Below are positions 62,728 through 64,000 of a stretch of 64,000 nucleotides of DNA, in pieces. The position numbers and the translations under genes were made by a program. Below the pieces are notes generated by a model. That model searched no databases, was not told the DNA's origin, and was given only the letters and a program-made list of their open reading frames with translations. The DNA comes from an uncultured Eubacteriales bacterium (GTDB lineage Bacteria; Bacillota; Clostridia; Oscillospirales; UBA644). Location: positions 8,577-72,576 of the forward strand of contig CAJLLT010000001.1 in NCBI GenBank assembly GCA_905207625.1. The letters are read 5' to 3'. Numbering within the stretch: the stretch's first letter is position 1; the number at the start of each line of letters is the position of its first letter.

Positions 62728-64000
62728 TTACTTTTTGAGTATCGTTGCCACAATAACCCCGATGATTATAAGCACCAGTATCACCGTGATTATTATAACG
62801 CCTCTTATAAGTCCGTCCCAGATATCCGAACTCGTGTTTCCGGGATCGGTCGCAGGTTCAGTCGCGGCAGTGGGGTCAATGCCCTTCTCCTGTATCTGCT
62901 GTATCTGTTCTGAGGTCAGAGCGCTGTCGGATATGTATATCTCGTCGATAACACCCTTGAAAAGGGCTTCACCTTTGACACCGGATCTTCCCACATAGCA
63001 GAAATTCGGCTTTATATCGGAAATGGAAGAGAAAACATAAGTTTTACCGACTTCCGCCCCGTTAACATACAACCGGACTATTCCGTTGGAAAAAACCACG
63101 GTAGCCCTTACCCATGACCCTACGGCATTGACACCGGTGGTAATGGTATTTTCCGTCACTCCGTCATATATCCGCAGACAAAGCCCGGAAAGTCCGTCTC
63201 CCATCTCAAGTCTTACATAAGCCGTGGGAGCGGCTATGGACGAAGCCTTTGCGGAAAAGTCAAAGAGTTTCTGTGTAGTGCCGTTTGCAGGTCCGTTCCA
63301 TTTATATGCCACTGAAATACTCATTTCGGAGGCATTGTCAAGGATTCCTTTGGGATAACGGATGTAAGAGGATATACCGTCCAGGGTAAGCCCGTAATTT
63401 ATGATACCCTGTGAAAGGCTGGGATTGCGGACGGTGGCGGAAACGGCATTGTTTACATCCTTTCCGATGAAAGAAGAAACGTCAAATGTGGTTCCCACAA
63501 AACCGTTGATTATGGCGGAGGAAGCGAACTTATCCTCAAGAAGGTCGCTTTCATCGGGCACTACATCATGATCCCCGGGATCGTCCTTTCCGTGATCCGG
63601 AATGACTTCACTGACATATGTATCAATTCCGTAGGAGCGGAGCTTTGGTATCTCGGTATCCGCCAGAGCGGTGGAATCTATGTAGATCTCATCGATTATA
63701 AAACGGCTTCCGTCATAGGTGCTGACCCCGGTAAGAATCTTCAGATCCGTCAGGGCAAGTACAGACAGCGGATATCCTGTCTCCACCGTTGTCGAGACCT
63801 TGCCGTCAATGTATACAGTGACCTTTCCGGTCTTATCGTACGTCAGAGCCACATAACACCAGCGGTTGTTCACCCTTGAAAGAGATGACGAGATCTTTGA
63901 GACCTCCTGAGGTACGGGACGGGCAAAGGGATCGTACTCGTAAGTTTCCTCTCCTGTATACGCGTCCACATATTTGTACGAAGTTCCCACAGCAATGTAC
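62728..64000 (-). CDS. LamG/concanavalin-A-like lectin-domain surface protein with a C-terminal TM anchor (5' end probably beyond the window)
   Basis: Two LamG-like repeats (VYIDGK..., IDEIYI.D.AL...EI) and a terminal hydrophobic helix plus KK. The frame stays open to base 64000 and no signal peptide is seen. Confidence 0.65.
   Translation of the reverse strand, partial: YIAVGTSYKYVDAYTGEETYEYDPFARPVPQEVSKISSSLSRVNNRWCYVALTYDKTGKVTVYIDGKVSTTVETGYPLSVLALTDLKILTGVSTYDGSRFIIDEIYIDSTALADTEIPKLRSYGIDTYVSEVIPDHGKDDPGDHDVVPDESDLLEDKFASSAIINGFVGTTFDVSSFIGKDVNNAVSATVRNPSLSQGIINYGLTLDGISSYIRYPKGILDNASEMSISVAYKWNGPANGTTQKLFDFSAKASSIAAPTAYVRLEMGDGLSGLCLRIYDGVTENTITTGVNAVGSWVRATVVFSNGIVRLYVNGAEVGKTYVFSSISDIKPNFCYVGRSGVKGEALFKGVIDEIYISDSALTSEQIQQIQEKGIDPTAATEPATDPGNTSSDIWDGLIRGVIIITVILVLIIIGVIVATILKK

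Noticed and set aside
1-64000. Possibility of an alternative genetic code suggested by the many long overlapping ORFs
   Set aside because: Well-conserved genes end at all three standard stops at their expected lengths: TAA for rpmE, TGA for the first HAD gene and TAG for the ABC ATPase. The standard code fits, and the long shadow ORFs are explained by codon bias.
1-64000. CRISPR arrays, IS elements, integrases, phage or defence-island genes
   Set aside because: Reading both strands, I found no spaced direct-repeat array, transposase, recombinase, terminal inverted repeats, or nuclease/ATPase pairs typical of defence systems. Every repeat-like structure I saw is a terminator hairpin or a promoter.

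Overview
This window looks like core chromosome from a spore-forming Clostridia-type Firmicute; the taxon is an inference from gene content, an ispH-S1 fusion and many 4-nt GTGA/ATGA gene overlaps. I support about 60 CDS, 2 stand-alone tRNA genes (Arg-ACG, Val-GAC), and many near-consensus sigma-A promoters and intrinsic terminators. From left to right: HAD phosphatase, rpmE, dipicolinate synthase dpaAB, metA, spo0A, a YtrA-type GntR/ABC operon extended by a membrane protein and two paralogous lipoproteins, asd-dapA-ACT, queA-tgt, and a tightly coupled hprK-murB-whiA-dnaE-orf113-cysE-GNAT string. Next come ispH/S1-plsC-cmk, a HutP-like protein, an FAD oxidoreductase, a THUMP methyltransferase and a ThrE exporter pair. 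These are followed by a regulator-less sugar/phosphodiester locus (HAD, 790-aa GH-like protein, MFS, GDPD, MFS, GH2), a surface 5'-nucleotidase, PAP2 and YwaF-like membrane proteins, a LOR/SDH-like protein, TetR with oleate hydratase, and an 863-aa PHP-like metallohydrolase with a His-rich tail. The right end carries rplM-rpsI, rqcH, nif3-trmK, and a kinase/SIS/LamG cluster. I saw no CRISPR array, transposase, integrase, phage module or recognisable defence island. The best second-look candidates are an unassigned terminator-containing leader or sRNA upstream of asd, the GH-like/GDPD locus, the PHP-like protein and the extended YtrA operon. All calls come from reading the sequence and remembered family motifs; no database search was run.
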